Of a stretch of 64,000 nucleotides of DNA, positions 1 to 13,600 are shown one piece after another. A model generated the notes under the pieces. It worked only from the letters and a program-made list of their open reading frames with translations. It had not been told where the DNA came from and did no database searches. The stretch covers positions 28,323,239 through 28,387,238 of the forward strand of contig NC_057739.1 in the NCBI RefSeq assembly GCF_004010195.1, given 5' to 3'. Origin of the DNA: Chiloscyllium plagiosum (lineage: Eukaryota). The stretch's first letter is position 1, and every line of letters begins with the position of its first letter. The translations under genes and the position numbers were made by a program.

Positions 1-367
1 TATGGTGCCAAAATGTTGAGAATGGACTAATGTTTTAAAGTTCACGATGACTTCCTTGCTTTTGTATTCTGTGCTTTGATTAGAAAGCCCAGGAACCCAT
101 ATGCCTTATTTGTAGCTCAAACTGACCACCTATCTTAAGAGACTTGGGGTGCAGATTCATAGTTCGTTGAAAGTGGAGTCCAAGGTAGACAGGGTGGTGA
201 AGTCATTGTTTGACACACTTTCCTTCATTGGTCAAAGCATTGAGTATACAAGTTGGGATGTCATGTTGTGGCTGTACAGAACATTGGTGAGGCTTATGAG
301 TGTATACCTTTTAAAGTACTTGGTAGAGTTAAAATCAGTTTCTTTTTCGACTCTGGGAAATCCTCAA

Positions 368-498
368 GGATGGCTCTAGTAAGCACTGCTGCCTCATGGT
401 ACCAGGGACCTTGGTTCAATTCCACCCTCTGGTAACTGTCTGTGTGGAATGTTCACATTCTGTGTAGGTTTGCTTTGGGTTTCTCTCACAATCCAAAG
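368..498 (+). mobile_element. Degenerate V-SINE/HE1-like SINE, 5' part
   Basis: agcactgctgcctca...ggttcaattcc (B-box-like)...ctgtctgtgtgga; homologous to the copy at 3881-4175. Confidence 0.7.
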
Positions 499-691
499 AA
501 CATGGATCGGTTCTGATCCTCTTTTGTTTGTCATTTGTAAAAATGATTTGGATGAGAATGTAGAAAGCATGGTTAGTAAGTGTACAGACGACACCAAAAT
601 TGATGACATTGTAGATAGTGAAAACGTTTTCAAAGATTACAAAGGGATCATCATCAAATGGGTCAATGGGCTGAAAATGGCAGATGGAGTT

Positions 692-3600
692 CATAGAACA
701 TAGAAGAATGCAGTGCAGTACAGGCCGTTCTGCCCTCGATGTTGTGCCAACCTGTGAAACCTATCTGAAGTCCATCTAACCTACACTATTCCATTATCAT
801 ACGTATATTTATCCAGTGACCATTTAAATGCCCTTAAAGTTGGTGAGTCTACTACTGTTGCAGGCAGGGCATTCCACACCCTTACGACACTGTAAAGAAC
901 CTACCTCTGTCATCTGTTCAATACCTATCACCCTTCAGTTTAAAGCTATGTCCCCTCATGATAGCCATTACCATCCGAGGGAAAAAGCCTCATTGTCCAC
1001 CCTACCTAATTCTCTGAGCATCTTTTATATGTCTTTATTAAGTCGCCTCTTAACCTTCTCTGTAATAAAAACAGCCTCCAGTCCCTCAGCTTTTCCTCAT
1101 AAGATCTTCCCTCCATACCTGTCAATCTCCTCTGCCCCCTTTTTAATGCTTCCAAGATCCTCCTATAATATGGCGACCAGCACTGTACGCAATACCCCCA
1201 GTGCGACCCCACCAGAGATTTGTACAGCTGCAGCCTGACCTCAGGGCTCCGAAACTCAATCTCTCTGCCAATAAAAGCTAACACACTGTATGCCGCCTTG
1301 CCACCCAGGTTGACAGGGTTGTTAACTTTCAGGGATCTATGCACATGGGCACCGAGATCTCATCCACACGACCAATAATCTTACCATTAGTCCAGTACTC
1401 TTATTGCTGTTGCTCCTTCCAAAGTGAATCACCTCACACTTGTCCACATTAAAACTCCATTTGCCACCTTGCAGTCCAGCCCTGCAGCTTATCTGTATCC
1501 CTCTGTAACCTGCAACATCCTTCCGCACTGTCCATAAACTCCATCAACTTTAGTATCTTGCACGAATTTACTAACTCATCCTTCCACGTCCTCGTCGACG
1601 TCATTTGAGAAAAATAACCAACCGCAATGGCCTCAACTGATCCTTGCGGTGCACCACTATTAACTGAACTCCAGAATGAACATTTCCCATCAGCCACCAC
1701 CCTATGTCTCCTTTCAGGAAGCCAGTTTCTGATCCAAACTACAAAATTATCCTCAATGTCATGCCTTCATATTTTGTGCAATAACCTGCCATCGGGAAAC
1801 TTATCAAACCCCTTACTGAAATCCACATACACCACATGAACTGCTTTACCCACATCTGCTTGTTTGGTCACCTTCTCAAAGAACTCAGTAAGGTTTGTGA
1901 CGAACCCAAATCAACTTATTCCTTTCTAGATGATTATAAATCCTATGTCTAATAATTTTTTCCAACACTTTACCCTCAACCAAACTAAGGTTCACTGGTC
2001 TATAATGACCAGGGTTGTCTCTACTTCCCTTCTTGAACAAGGGGCCAACAGTTACTATTTTCCAGTCTTCTGCCACTATTCCTGTAGACAGTGACAACAT
2101 AAAGATCAAAGCCAAAAGCTCTGCACTCGCCTCCCTGCCTTCCCAGAGAATCCTAGGTTATATCCCATCTGGCCCAGCGGACTTGTCTATTTTAGCACTT
2201 TCCAGAATTGCTAACGCCTCCTTATGTACCTCAATCCCATCTCGTCTAATAGCCTATATCTCAGTATTTTCCTCGATAACAATTATCCTTTTCCTGTGTG
2301 AATACTGATGAAAAATATTAGTTTAGCACCTCTCCTATCACTACCGACTCCACGCACAACTTCCCATTACTATTTTTGACTGGCCCTAATCTTATTCTAG
2401 GAATTCTTTTATTCCTGACAAACCTATAGAAAGCTTTATCTTACCTGCCAAAGACTTCTCATGTCCCCTCCTGGTTCCTCTTAACTCTCTTTTTAGGTCC
2501 TTCCTGGCTAACTTGTAACTCTCGAGCGCTCTAACTGAGACTTCACATTTCATCTTTACATAAGCTGCCTCCTTCCTCTTGACAAGAGACTCAACTTGTT
2601 CGATAAACAAAGGTTCCCTCACTGGACCACTTCCACCCTGCTTGACAGGTACGTACATGTCAAGGACATGCAGTAGCTGTTACTTGAACAAGCTCCACAT
2701 TTCAATTGTGCCCATCCCCTGCAGTTTCCTTTCCCATCCTGTGCATCCTAAATTTTGCCTAAATACACCTTAATTGCCTTTCCCCCCCAGGCTATAACTC
2801 TTGCCCTGCAGTATATACCTATCCCTTTCCATCACTAAAGTAAACATAACTGAATTGTGATTGCTATCACCAAAGTGCTCACCTATCTGCAAATCTAATA
2901 CCTGGCCTGGTTCATTATCCAGTACCAAATCCAGTGTGGCCTCGCCTCTTGTTGGCCTATCTACGTACTGTCAGGAAACCCTTCTACACACATTGGACAA
3001 AAACGGACCATTTAAAACACTGCAACTATAGCTAGTCAATATTAGGAAAGTTGAAGTCCCCTATAGCTCCTATCCAGAATCATATTTTCAATTCTTTCCT
3101 CGACATCTCTGGAACTTTTTGGAGGTCTATTGAAAGCTCCCAATTGGGTGACCTCTCTTTTCTTGTTTCTAACATCAGTCCGTACTACCTCAGGAGATGA
3201 GTCCCCATCAAATGTCCTTTCTGCCACCGTAATACTGTCCATGACTAACAATACCACAGCTCCCCCTCTTTTACCATCTTCCCTGATAATACTGAAACAT
3301 CTAAACCCTGGAACCTGCCACAACTATTCCTGTCTCTGCTCTATGTTTCCAAAATGGCCGCAACATCGAAGTCCCAGGTACGAACCCATGCTGTACTTGC
3401 ACTCACTGTATTCCGGATGCTTCTGGCGTTGAAGTAGACATATTTCAAACCACCTTCCTGCCTGCTGGTTCAGTCCTGCAACCTTGAAACCTTATTCATG
3501 ACTTGACTATTGTCAACCTCCTGTACACTGGAGCTACAATTCCCGTTCTCGTCCCCTGAAGACCATTAGCAAACCTCGCCCCCAGGATATTGGTACCCCT

Positions 3601-3762
3601 CTGGTTCAGGTATCGACCATCCCGTTTTGTAGAGGTCCCACCTACGCCAGAATGAGCCCCAAATATCCAGCTATCTGAATCCCTCCCATACCATTCCTGT
3701 AGCCACGTGTTCAACTACTCTCTCTCCCTCTTGCTCGCCTCGCTAGTACATGGCAGAGGTAA
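692..3762 (-). mobile_element. CR1 LINE, near-complete decayed ORF2 plus end of ORF1
   Basis: Fragments of ORF1 esterase-like end (NTWLQEW..RDGRYLNQRGTNILG), APE endonuclease (GKRGGAVVLLV..AFNRPP) and RT (PLFKKGSRDNPGHYRPVNL, SGAPQGSV, KCEVIHFG). Many frameshifts. Confidence 0.92.
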
Positions 3763-3880
3763 CTGCATAAATGCGAGGTATTGCATTTTGGTACTATAAA
3801 CAAGGATAGACCTTATACAATTAATAGTCAGGCCTTGGGTAGTGTTGTCGAACAGAGGCACCTAGGGGTGCAGGTACATA

Positions 3881-4175
3881 AGATGAGATTCCCTACCGTG
3901 TGGAAACAGGCAATTTTGACCAACAAGTCCACACCAACCCTCCGAAGAGTAACCCACCCAGACCCATTTCCCTCTGACTAATGCACCTAACACTGTGGGC
4001 AATTTTGAATGGCCAATTCACCTGACCTGCACATCTTTGGACTGTGGGAGGAAACCCACGCAGACATTGGGAGAATGTGCAAACTCCACACAGACAGTTG
4101 CCCGAGGCCGGAATTGAACCGGAGTCCCTGGTGCTGTGAGGCAGCAGTGCTAACCACTGAGCCACCGTGCTGCCC
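3881..4175 (-). mobile_element. Full-length tRNA-derived V-SINE (HE1-like)
   Basis: Minus strand begins GGGCAGCACGGTGGCTCAGTGGTTAGC (A box), then GGTTCAATTCC (B box), V-domain GTGTGGAGTTTGCACATTCTCCC and a CR1-like tail. Confidence 0.9.
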
Positions 4176-4779
4176 TATTCTTTGAAGTTCGCAGAGTGGT
4201 TAAAAAGACGTTTGGCACGCTTGCCTTCATTGCTCAGTCCTTTAAGTATCGGAGTTGGGAAGTCATGTTGAAATTGTACAGGACATTGGTGAGGCGTCTT
4301 GTGGGATACCATGTCCTGTTTTGGTCACTCACTTACAGGAAACATATTATTAAGCAGATATGGAAGGTTTGAGTTAAAGAAAGGCTGGGACTTGTTTTAC
4401 TGGAGTGTAGGAGATTGAGAGGCAATCTGAGAGCAGTTTACAAAATATGGATATACATAGAGTTAATGGTAGTTGTCTTTTCCCTCTGATGGGAAATTTC
4501 AAGACATTTTTAGGGTACCGGGAGAAAGATTTTTAACAAAGTTGAGGCAAATATTTTACACAGGGTAGTTTGCATGTGGAATGACTTTACTGAGAAAATG
4601 GCGGATGTGGGTGCAATTACGACGTTGAAAAGACATTTGGATAGATACATTAATAGGAAATGTTTGGAGAGATATGGACCAGGAGCAGGCAGGTGGGACT
4701 AGTTTAGTTTGGAATTGTATTCTGCATGGACTGGTTGGACTGAAGCATCTGTTTTCATGATGAATGACTCTATGACTTA

Positions 4780-4920
4780 GTACGCAGGTTAGGTGGATTG
4801 AACTTGCTAAATTGCCCATGGTATCCAGCGTTAAAGGGATTAGGTAGATTTGGGTGGGATGCTGTTCGGTGTGGATTCAATAGGCCATAGGGCCTGTTTC
4901 CACACTGTAGGGATTGTGTG
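4780..4920 (+). mobile_element. V-SINE 3' fragment
   Basis: gcaggttaggtggattg..gctaaattgccc...gggcctgtttccacactgtagggatt matches the SINE 3' half. Confidence 0.7.
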
Positions 4921-5149
4921 ATGTGGAGATTCCCTTCCACGTTGTGTCAAAGATTTTAAAATCAGTATGCATTTGTGAGGTTAATGTGCCATTGCCGATT
5001 AGGTTGTGAAGCACCTTTTCTTGACAATGCAGGCCTTGTGCAGGCAAACAGAAGAGTTACTGTACAGAGTCGTGCTGTGACTGGACAGTTTGTTTTCCAT
5101 TCTGAAATGTCATGTGTAACTTTTTCATTGACTCTTAGACTCAATGGTG

Positions 5150-5259
5150 CTTTCATCCTTAATATCGAGAGTGTGGTGCTAGAAAAGCACAGCAGGTCAG
5201 GCAGCATCCGAGGAGCAAAAGAGTCGAAGTTTCGGGCAAAAGCCCTTTCATCCTTAATA
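5150..5259 (-). mobile_element. Single-arm PLE family-1 mini-insert with 15-bp TSD
   Basis: TSD CTTTCATCCTTAATA at 5150-5164 and 5245-5259. The insert matches the arm of the 20155-20340 palindrome. Confidence 0.85.
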
Positions 5260-5671
5260 GCTGTTGGGTGGACTTCTTTTTAAGTAATTCCTGGAACTTA
5301 GTGGTTGGATGTGGCATCCAGTACTAAAGTGGTATAGTCCAGATGATCTCTCGTATATTGTGGTGATGAGCAGCTGCATATTAAAGAAAAACACTTCGGT
5401 CAAAATAAAAGATCTTTGAATTCCTCAATATATGCATTTTTCAAAACATATCATTAACTTTGTATGAAATATTTGTACATAATTTATATGTATGAATCAT
5501 TATAAACATTGAAAGTTGAGTTAAAATATATGACTACCAAACACAATGGAATAAATGTATTAAAATCTTAAATGTCCTCTGTGTTCTGATTCTGCATCGT
5601 GACTTAAAGTTCACAAATCAGAGTCAATTGTGTGGTTTACACTGCAGTATTACATAATAAATATTTGATAA

Positions 5672-6170
5672 ACATAGAAAAGTACAGCACAGAACAGGCC
5701 CTTTGGCCCACGATGTTGTGCTGAGATTTAATCCTAATGTAAAATATAATAGCTGAACCTACGCACCCCTCAACTCACTGCTATCCATGAGCATGTCCAG
5801 CAGTCGCTTAAATGTCCCCAGTGATTCTGCTTCCACCACCACAACTGGCAACACATTGCATGCATTCACAACTATCTGCGTAAAAAACCTACCTCTGACA
5901 TCTCCTTTATACCTTCTTCCTCATATCTTCAAACTGTGACTTCTCGTACCAGTCAATCCTGCCCTGGGGAAAAGTCTCTGGCTATTGACTCCATCTATTC
6001 CTCTCATTATCTTGTACACTTCGATCAGGTCTCCTCTCTTCCTCCTTCTCTCCAGAGAGAAAAGTCCGAGCTTATTCAACCTTTCTTCATAAGGCAAGCC
6101 CTCCAGCCCAGGCAGTGTCCTGGTAAATCTTTGTACTCTCTCCAAAGCCTCTGTATCTTTCCTATAAACT
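5672..6170 (-). mobile_element. CR1 3' end
   Basis: Minus frame ERVQRFTRTLPGLEGLPYEERLNKLGLFSLERRRKRGDLIEVYKIM is the CR1 ORF2 C-terminus. Confidence 0.9.
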
Positions 6171-6718
6171 GTAACATTTGACCTTTGACTAATACATCTC
6201 TATATTAGTGTAATATGTATTCTTTTTCCTGCATCTTGGTGATTATTAATTTGGAAGGAAAATCTATTTGAGTTGGTGGCCTCATTTTTAATTTTTGTAA
6301 AGTCTATTCCAAAGTTGAATGTATATCTGTGTGGATTTCTATAATTAGATGAAAGTTGTTATTTGCCATCTGCAGGTGGGTTCCTAAACACAGCAGTATG
6401 CGCAAAGAGAATTAGCCTGGGTTAATCGTGGGATATATTCACCTCTCGCTATGGAATGGTTTGATCCAAGTCTAGAGCAAGCCTGTCCCTTGTGCATCTT
6501 GAAGTCTTATGTGGAGAGTCAAAGGAATAGTTTCAGATTGCCCAAGAGAGAGGAAAAAGTTTCTTGGGTTAGAAAAATAATTTTGATGCAGCCAACAGAC
6601 TAACCCAGTGCATGTTGTGGTGTTAAAAAGTATTCAAGTCATAATTACAATCTGTGTCCACTAGCTGTAAAGTTATCTATCTTTTTTCATTAGGAATACG
6701 CTGCTGAGCCATTTGAAG

Positions 6719-6903
6719 ATGGTGAAGCCTGATCTTCACACTCTGGCTCATCACCTCAAGCAAGAGCGTCTTTATGTGAATTCTGAAAAGCAATTACTTC
6801 AGCGGTTAAATACGGATGTATTGAAAACTGCTGAAAAGCTGTATTGCTCAGCGTGGATCGCAAAACAGCAGCGAATTAACTTGGACCGTCTCATATTAAC
6901 AAG
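6719..6903 (+). CDS. GAPVD1: GAPVD1 first coding exon (acceptor AG at 6692-6693, exon starts 6694, ATG 6719)
   Basis: Translates MVKPDLHTLAHHLKQERLYVNSEKQLLQRLN...RINLDRLILT, recognisable as the GAPVD1 N-terminus. It ends AG|GTGAAA (phase 2). Confidence 0.97.
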
Positions 6904-7496
6904 GTGAAATCAATATGTGGGGGTAGGGAGGTAGGCGGAGTGGTTATAGCATTATGGTCGTGCAATATGAATAAACGGATACAAGGCTGAATTTCACTTC
7001 AGCTAATTATTTGTGATGTTTAGTTCCACACAGTTGATAAAGCACTGGTATTTTGCTAGTTAACACTCGGTGGTTTGTGGATAGTCAAAATTCAATGTTG
7101 AGATTTAAAATGGTTTATGAATTTGTGCCAGTGATAGTGTTCTAGGAAATCTTTTCTCTCAGCTAATGCAGTACATAACTATACTATGCAGTTACCAGAA
7201 GCTAGATGGGCGATGATTTTTGCATCCTGTAGAACACCTCCAGTCTTCCTATTAAAATCCTGTTCAAGTCAAGTGGATTCCTTGGCAACTGTAACAACAT
7301 TAATTATGAAATGAATGATTGCTTGTTCCAATTGCTAATTAACTTTTGAGCACAGCTAACATGAAGCCAATTAAAGAACAATGCTACCAGTTCAACAAAA
7401 ATTGCCATGCAAAAACATGGGGCCAAATGCATGAAGATATCCCTTTGTGTTTGCATTATAAGTTTTTTTTCCATGCAATGACAATTCCTGTGACTC

Positions 7497-7825
7497 TAGT
7501 CAGAGTCATAGAGATGTACAGCACGGAAACAGACCCTTCAGTCCAACCCATCCTAAATAAATCTAGTCCCATTTGCCAGCACTTGGCCCATATCCCTCTA
7601 AACCCTTCCTATTCATATACCCATCCAGATACCTTTTAAATGTTGTAATTATACCAGCCTCCACCATTTCCTGTGGTAACTCATTCCATATATGCACCAC
7701 TCTCTGCACGAAAAAGTTGCCCCTTAGGTCTCTCTTAAATCTTTGCCTCTCACCTTAAACCTATTCCTACTTGTTTTAGACTCCCTTACCCTATGGACAA
7801 GGTCTTGGCTATTCATCCTATCCAC
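7497..7825 (-). mobile_element. CR1 3' UTR fragment
   Basis: gagtcatagagatgtacagcacggaaacagaccctt... is the reverse complement of the tail at ~52200-52335. Confidence 0.85.
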
Positions 7826-8869
7826 ATCTGAATTTGGCTAAACTTTGGAAATTTTGTTCCCCCTGAAATTGTTACTATTTCTCCTCACCCTGATGATTTA
7901 TATCAAGCAAATTCTGGCAAAACTCTTGCAGCTCTGGCAGCAGATGGAAACAAATTATGTTTCAGGTTACCACTTGTAAATTTAACATTTTTCACCCAAC
8001 AGATGCTGCCCCTGATCTTCTGAGTTCTTCCAGCATTTACTTTCATTTCTGATGTCAAGCAGCTTGAGTATTTTGTTTACATTTTGTCAGTAGTTTTGAG
8101 AAACTAATCTTAGTTCCTTTTATGAGAAACATTGTAAATGTCTAATAGTGCTTTATGCTTTACATATTGATACAGAATAGTGTTATAAAACACATCATTG
8201 TATTACAAAACAGGGATGTTCTATTTGTCCATCTGTTCAAAGCATGTATAAAGTGCTGTTCATCACCATAGGACTTGTCAAATTATTTGAAAGCCAATGA
8301 TACACTTTAGAATAGTGTGAATAGATGAGGGTTTCTAACATTTTTATTTGAGGACTAAAGAGGAGAGAAATGGGTTTTTGGTTTTCCATTCTATGAAGGT
8401 TACTTATTTGAGTCATTTTTTAAAAGTACGTCAAAAATGATAATTCTCAGAAGTATGTGACTGAAGTGAAATGACTAGACAAGCTTACTACTTCAGATCA
8501 TTATTGAAATGTTTTGTAAGCTGAGCTTTATGATCAGAGAAAGAGTGGCCCAAGGCATGATTCAGGTTGTATTTTAGAAGAAAAGATCCATACCAATGGA
8601 TATGCTGTTTGCTAACCTAGAATAAATCCAAATAGATGGAGAAAAAAAATGGCAATTTATTGAAAAATATTAGTCTATGGCTGTATCTCTAGTAATTGAG
8701 AAAACCACATTTGGTGAGGGTGTAAAAAGTTGTTGAAGAAAATGCTTGTGTCCTCATTAGTTGGCTAAGAAATTAAAGTGAATACAGGAGAGAGACATCA
8801 TTGGGGTTAAATGTCTGTGAAGGATATTCCTGGGAAAACTGATTATTTCATTTTGTGAACAAATCTTTC

Positions 8870-9650
8870 AAAATTGGCTTTTTTTATTCATTTGACGGAT
8901 GTGTTGCTGACTAGGCCAGCATTTATTGCCCATCCCTTTCTGTCCTTGTGGTGGTGGTGAGGTGCCACCTTGAACCATGCTGTGGTCCATGTGCTTCAGG
9001 TAGACACTTAATGCCATTAGGGAGAAAATACCAAGGCTTTGACCAAGTGACAGTGAAGTAACAGTGATATACTTCACAGTCAAGCTGGTGAGTGGCTTGG
9101 AATGGAATTTGCGGGTGTGGTGTTCCAGTGTGTCTGCTACTCTTGTCCTTTATGGTTGTGGTCATAGGTTTGGAAAGTGCTAGGAATCTTTGAGTTTCTG
9201 CAAAGCATTTGGGAGATATTACGTGCCGCTGTGACTGAGCGTCAGTAGTGGACTGACTGTATTTCTGGATGTGACACCACTCAACCAGACTGCACTGACC
9301 TCTGTGATATCAAGCTCTTTTTGAGTGTTATTGGAGCAGGACCCATCCAGGCAATTGGGGAGCAGTCCATCACACTCCTGCCGGGTGCCTTGTAGATGGC
9401 AGACAGGCTTTGGGGAGTGAGAAGGTGAATCACTCATTGCAGTATTCCTCATCTCTGAGCTCCTCTTGTCGCCAGTGGATTAATTTGGCAAATTCATTCA
9501 TTCAATTTCTGGTCCAGGATTTTGATAGTAGAGGTTTCAGTGGTGGAGCACCATTTGAATATCAGATGTCAATAAGATTGTCTCTGGGAATAGTCATTGC
9601 CTGGCATTTGTGTGGCACAAATGTTACTTGCCACTTTTTAGCATTGAGTG
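8870..9650 (-). mobile_element. 3' end of second LINE family (same family as 34014-38110 and 56251-59399)
   Basis: Shares ggccagcatttattgcccatccct tail and upstream sequence with the other copies. Confidence 0.8.
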
Positions 9651-9930
9651 TTATTTGGCCGTGTACATATGCAGTGTAACGTTTTAATACCTGATGTCAA
9701 GAGAGAGGCCACCACTGTGGTCACCATTTCTTGGAGAAGACCCCCCAAAAAATATTTCCTAAGTACCCAGTAATGTTTCAAGCAACATTCAAAGATTCTG
9801 GAGTGGAGCAAAGAAATCTACAAGGTTTTGATTTCCAAGGTAGTTAGAGAGGCTTCTGACTTGTTTAAATCATTTGGTTGAAAGTGATGTTTGATTACAC
9901 TCTACAAAATAATTTCTTGCTTCTTTTTAG

Positions 9931-10774
9931 TGTGGAAGCGTCTCCAGCAGAGTGTTGCAAACATGCAAAGATTTTGGAGGATACACAGTTTGTGGATGGA
10001 TACAAGCAGCTGGGATTCCAAGAGACAATATATGGTGAATTTTTAAATCGGTTGAGAGAAAACCCAAGACTCGTTGCCTCGTGCTTGGTGGCTGGGGAGA
10101 AGCTTAATCATGAGAGCACCCACAATGTAATCCTTACAGTATTTACTGCCCTTTATGGTAACTGCATTATGCCGGAAGATGAGAGCTATCTTCTGCAAGT
10201 GTTGCGCTACCTAATTGAGTTTGAATTGAAAGAGAGTGATAACCCTAGGCGACTGCTTCGAAAAGGTGCTTGCACTTTCAGCATTTTGTTCAAGCTTTTT
10301 TCAGAGGGTCTGTACTCTGCAAAGCTCTTTCTTACTGCAACTTTACATGAGCCAATTATGCTGCTGCTTGTAGAAGATGAAGATCACTTGGAAACTGACC
10401 CAAAAAAACTTATTGAAAGGTTTACTCCGGCACAGCAAGAAAAGTTCTTTGGCGAGAAGGGCACAGAGCAGTTCAGAAGGAAAGTGCAGGAGATGGTAGA
10501 AAGCAATGAAGCAAAATTAGTAACTTTGGTCAACAAATTTATTGGATATCTTAAACAAAACACTTACTGTTTTCCACATAGTTTGCGTTGGATTGTATCG
10601 CAAATGTATAAAACCTTGTCTTGTGTGGAAGGGTTAGCTGTTGGGGAGGTGAAAGCCATGTGCACGGATTTGTTGCTTGCCTATTTCATTTGCCCAGCGA
10701 TTGTTAATCCAGAACAGTATGGGATAATCTCTGATGCTCCAATTAACGAAGTGGCAAGATTTAACTTGATGCAG
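9931..10774 (+). CDS. GAPVD1: GAPVD1 coding exon 2 (RasGAP domain), 844 nt
   Basis: Acceptor ttctttttag|T completes a Ser codon from exon 1. Open frame VEASPAECC...ICPAIVNPEQYGIISDAPINEVARFNLMQ; donor CAG|GTAAGA. Confidence 0.98.
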
Positions 10775-12529
10775 GTAAGATTACTTTCTACTTAACTTAA
10801 TTTCTAAATTTTCATTTATTGCTCAACAATTAAGACTCTGAAAGGTAACTAATAGTAGTTAAAATTGGATAACTGAGCCCCACTGCTTTACTAAAAGTAG
10901 GAACTGGTATTACTGGTACAGAATCTGAAAATTCAATTCCTTAATTTTTCCTAAGGATCTAAGTCTTTTATTGACTACTTGACAGAGTCTACTTTTGTGT
11001 TGGCATGTTTTGCCAGCGCATGCCTTGCTATTCAGTCTTTTCAAAAATGGTTTTACATTGGCTGTTGCCTAGCTATAAAGGGACAGCACATTTTTATTTG
11101 AATTCAGTTTAGTTTTTAGTTTCTCACCTTACGCCAATCTGTCTGAGCGTGTACATGTACTTGTTTCGATTGGTTGCAAACCTCATCCAGTAAACTCTAA
11201 GGTAAATAATTCCATAATAAAAACTAATTAATTAATGCAATTGTTAACACCAGTCTTGAGAATGGAAACTCTCATATGAAGTTAATGTAATCTAGTTGTA
11301 GGTTTTGGCCAGGAGATGTGATCCTCCTTCATAGGATGTACTGTTGAAGAAGCCACCTCCACTCCCAAAGTTCAATCAGGAAGTACAAATCACTGAAACA
11401 ATTTAATGCTGTTGGCCTCCATGTGCAATTTATTTTTTATGAAAAAGCTTTGCATGTAACTGGATTTTTAATAATGAATAATTCATATTACTGCCGAATA
11501 GCTTATCTGTACCTGAAGTCCTAGTTTTATGTTTCTGTAATGTCAGGTACTTTACTGTTTTCAAACAGTGTGTAAGAATTTCAACATGCAATGTTTGATA
11601 AGTCACCACCTACTTAAATTGCATTAATGTTCCAACTATTTATTTCACTTTTTAAAATCTTAATTAGGAGTGAAAGATTGAGTGCAATCTATTTCTGGAT
11701 CAGTGTTTGTAAGGACATTCAAATGTGATTTACTACTCCATGACATCATGGTTGATGAATGCCTGGAGAACCCTTGCTCCCTGGAGGCACTAGATTCAAG
11801 CAGGTGTTGGGAAAGGGGAGATCTGTGCTACAGAGATCCGAGACCTTTATGCACAGTTTTCTTAAGCACTCTTACCTTGTTGCTGACCATGATGTCTAGG
11901 TCAGGAAGTGTGATGCTATATTTCATAAATCCATAAATAATTTGTGTGATTGTATTAACAGTTTTAGCTTGAACAAATATATGTTTATATAAACCAAAAA
12001 CGTGATTAAGACTGCTTTATAAAATCAAGGTCTTACTGTTCTGAGTGCTTCTTCCAACCTCCTGCACTGCTTGTCATGACAAACTTGGAAATTGGGTGTA
12101 TATTTAAATTATTGCTTTCCCTCTTACAACTAGTACCCTGTTGCAGGTTTATTACTCCCTTTTTCACTCCTGTGCCTTACTAAGTTAACCTATAGGAGGC
12201 TTTCCCATGGCCCTTGTTTTTGGATTCCAAGTTTTGCAATGATCCACAATGAACTTCTTTTGAGATTAAGTCAAAAATGTGTTCATTCAAACATTGAAAG
12301 CAAGGGGAAATTTCTTCACTACTCCTCACACATGCATATAATCAGGGAATTGAAGAAGACAAGGTAGGAGATCACAGAATTCTTCATGCACAGGAAACCA
12401 ATTAACCCAGCATGTCTGCACCAATTCTCCAATGAATATTATGACCTAGTGTCATTTGCCTGCTTTTTCCTGTACCCTTGCCGATTGTTTTGATTCAAAT
12501 AATCATGAAATTGCATCTTGAATGGCTCA

Positions 12530-12810
12530 AAGACAAAACTGCAGATGCTGGAAATCTTAAAACAAATAATTGAAGAAACTCAGGTCTGGCAGCACTTGTG
12601 AGGATGAAACAGAGTTAGCCTTTCAGGTCTAGTGACCCTTCTTCAGAACTGATTGTAGCTTGGAAAAGGTTGGTATATATCTTGAAAGTTAGTGAGACGT
12701 GGGTAGAAGGGAAGGAATAAACAGTCGGTGGGGAGGGAGCCCAGGGAGAGGGAGAGTGAGTCTAGTAGTTGACAAAGAAATTGATAATGGCGAGCCTAGG
12801 ACAATCAACG
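12530..12810 (-). mobile_element. Old Penelope-like 3' fragment
   Basis: ctgcagatgctggaaatc...caggtctggcagca...tgacccttcttcagaact followed by a purine-rich tract, as in other PLE copies. Confidence 0.7.
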
Positions 12811-13169
12811 GAACAAAGAACAGGCCCTTCAGCCCACCAAGATTATGCGGTCATATGATGCCTTTCTGAGCAAGGTCTTTTGCCTCCATTCTGTCTGTAT
12901 CCCCTTTATTCCTTGCCTACTTGTATATCTGCCAAGATACCTCTGAAATGTTGCTAATGTATTTACGTCTCACGGCCCATTTAAATTTGCCCCATTTTAC
13001 CTTAAACTGATGTCCCCTAGTATTTGACTTTTTTATCCTGGGAAAAAGACTCAGACTATTCATTCTATTCATGTCTTCCATAATTTTGTAAATTTCGCTC
13101 AGAGTTCCTCTCAGCCCTCTCCTTCAAATGAAAACAAGTCATGTTGTCCCATCTCTCCTCGTAGCTAAA

Positions 13170-13600
13170 ATCTCCATTGCCTGTCCCGAGTTGCCTTGAA
13201 TTGATTTGGTATTGAGAATCAACCACATTACTATGGGTCTGAATTCACATGGAGAAAGTGAGGACTGCAGATGCTGGAGATCAGAGCTGAAAAGTGTGTT
13301 GCTGGAAAAGCGCAGCAGGTCAGGCAGTATCAAAGTAGCAGGAGAAGCGAAAGAAGAAGGGCTTATGCCAACTTTTCCAGCAACACATTTTTCAGCTCTG
13401 AATTCACATGGGCCAGGATGGCAGATTTTCTTCCTTGAAGGATATTGCAACAACCTACAATGGTTTCATAGTCAGTAGTAGATTCTAAATTCCAGATTGT
13501 TTTTATTGAATTCACATTCCACCATCTGCTATGGCTGTGTTTGAACCCAGGTTCCATTAGCTGAAGTTCTGGATTAATATTGGTCATTCTGCTACTACAT
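13170..13600 (-). mobile_element. tRNA-headed short element sharing head and tail with the second LINE family
   Basis: Minus strand has attaatccaga..GGGTTCAAACAC..gcagatggtggaatgtgaattcaat (as at 34014+ and 59399-), then directly a ggcaactcgggacaggcaat tail-like segment. Confidence 0.7.
13238..13411. mobile_element. Internally deleted PLE family-1 palindrome with 15-bp TSD
   Basis: TSD TCTGAATTCACATGG at 13238-13252 and 13397-13411. Inverted ends agctgaaaa.tgtgttgctggaaaag / cttttccagcaacaca.ttttcagct. Confidence 0.9.

Larger units (their letters stand above)
500..4775 (+). mobile_element. Older CR1 LINE 3' half, split into 500-691, 3763-3880 and 4176-4775 by nested insertions
   Basis: RT remnants (PLLFVICKNDLD..SKCTDDTKI; ..HFG..N). 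The sequence resumes colinearly after each nested insert and ends in a ctctatgact-type tail. Confidence 0.8.

Noticed and set aside
4100-4175. tRNA gene
   Set aside because: The A and B boxes belong to a V-SINE head followed by the V-domain; no full cloverleaf.
6376-6570. Possible 5' UTR exon after ccatctgcag
   Set aside because: The acceptor is plausible but there is no convincing donor, and it cannot be supported without transcripts.
9878-10795. 305-aa ORF as a standalone gene
   Set aside because: It is a GAPVD1 exon with intronic read-through on both sides; the splice sites are at 9931 and 10774.
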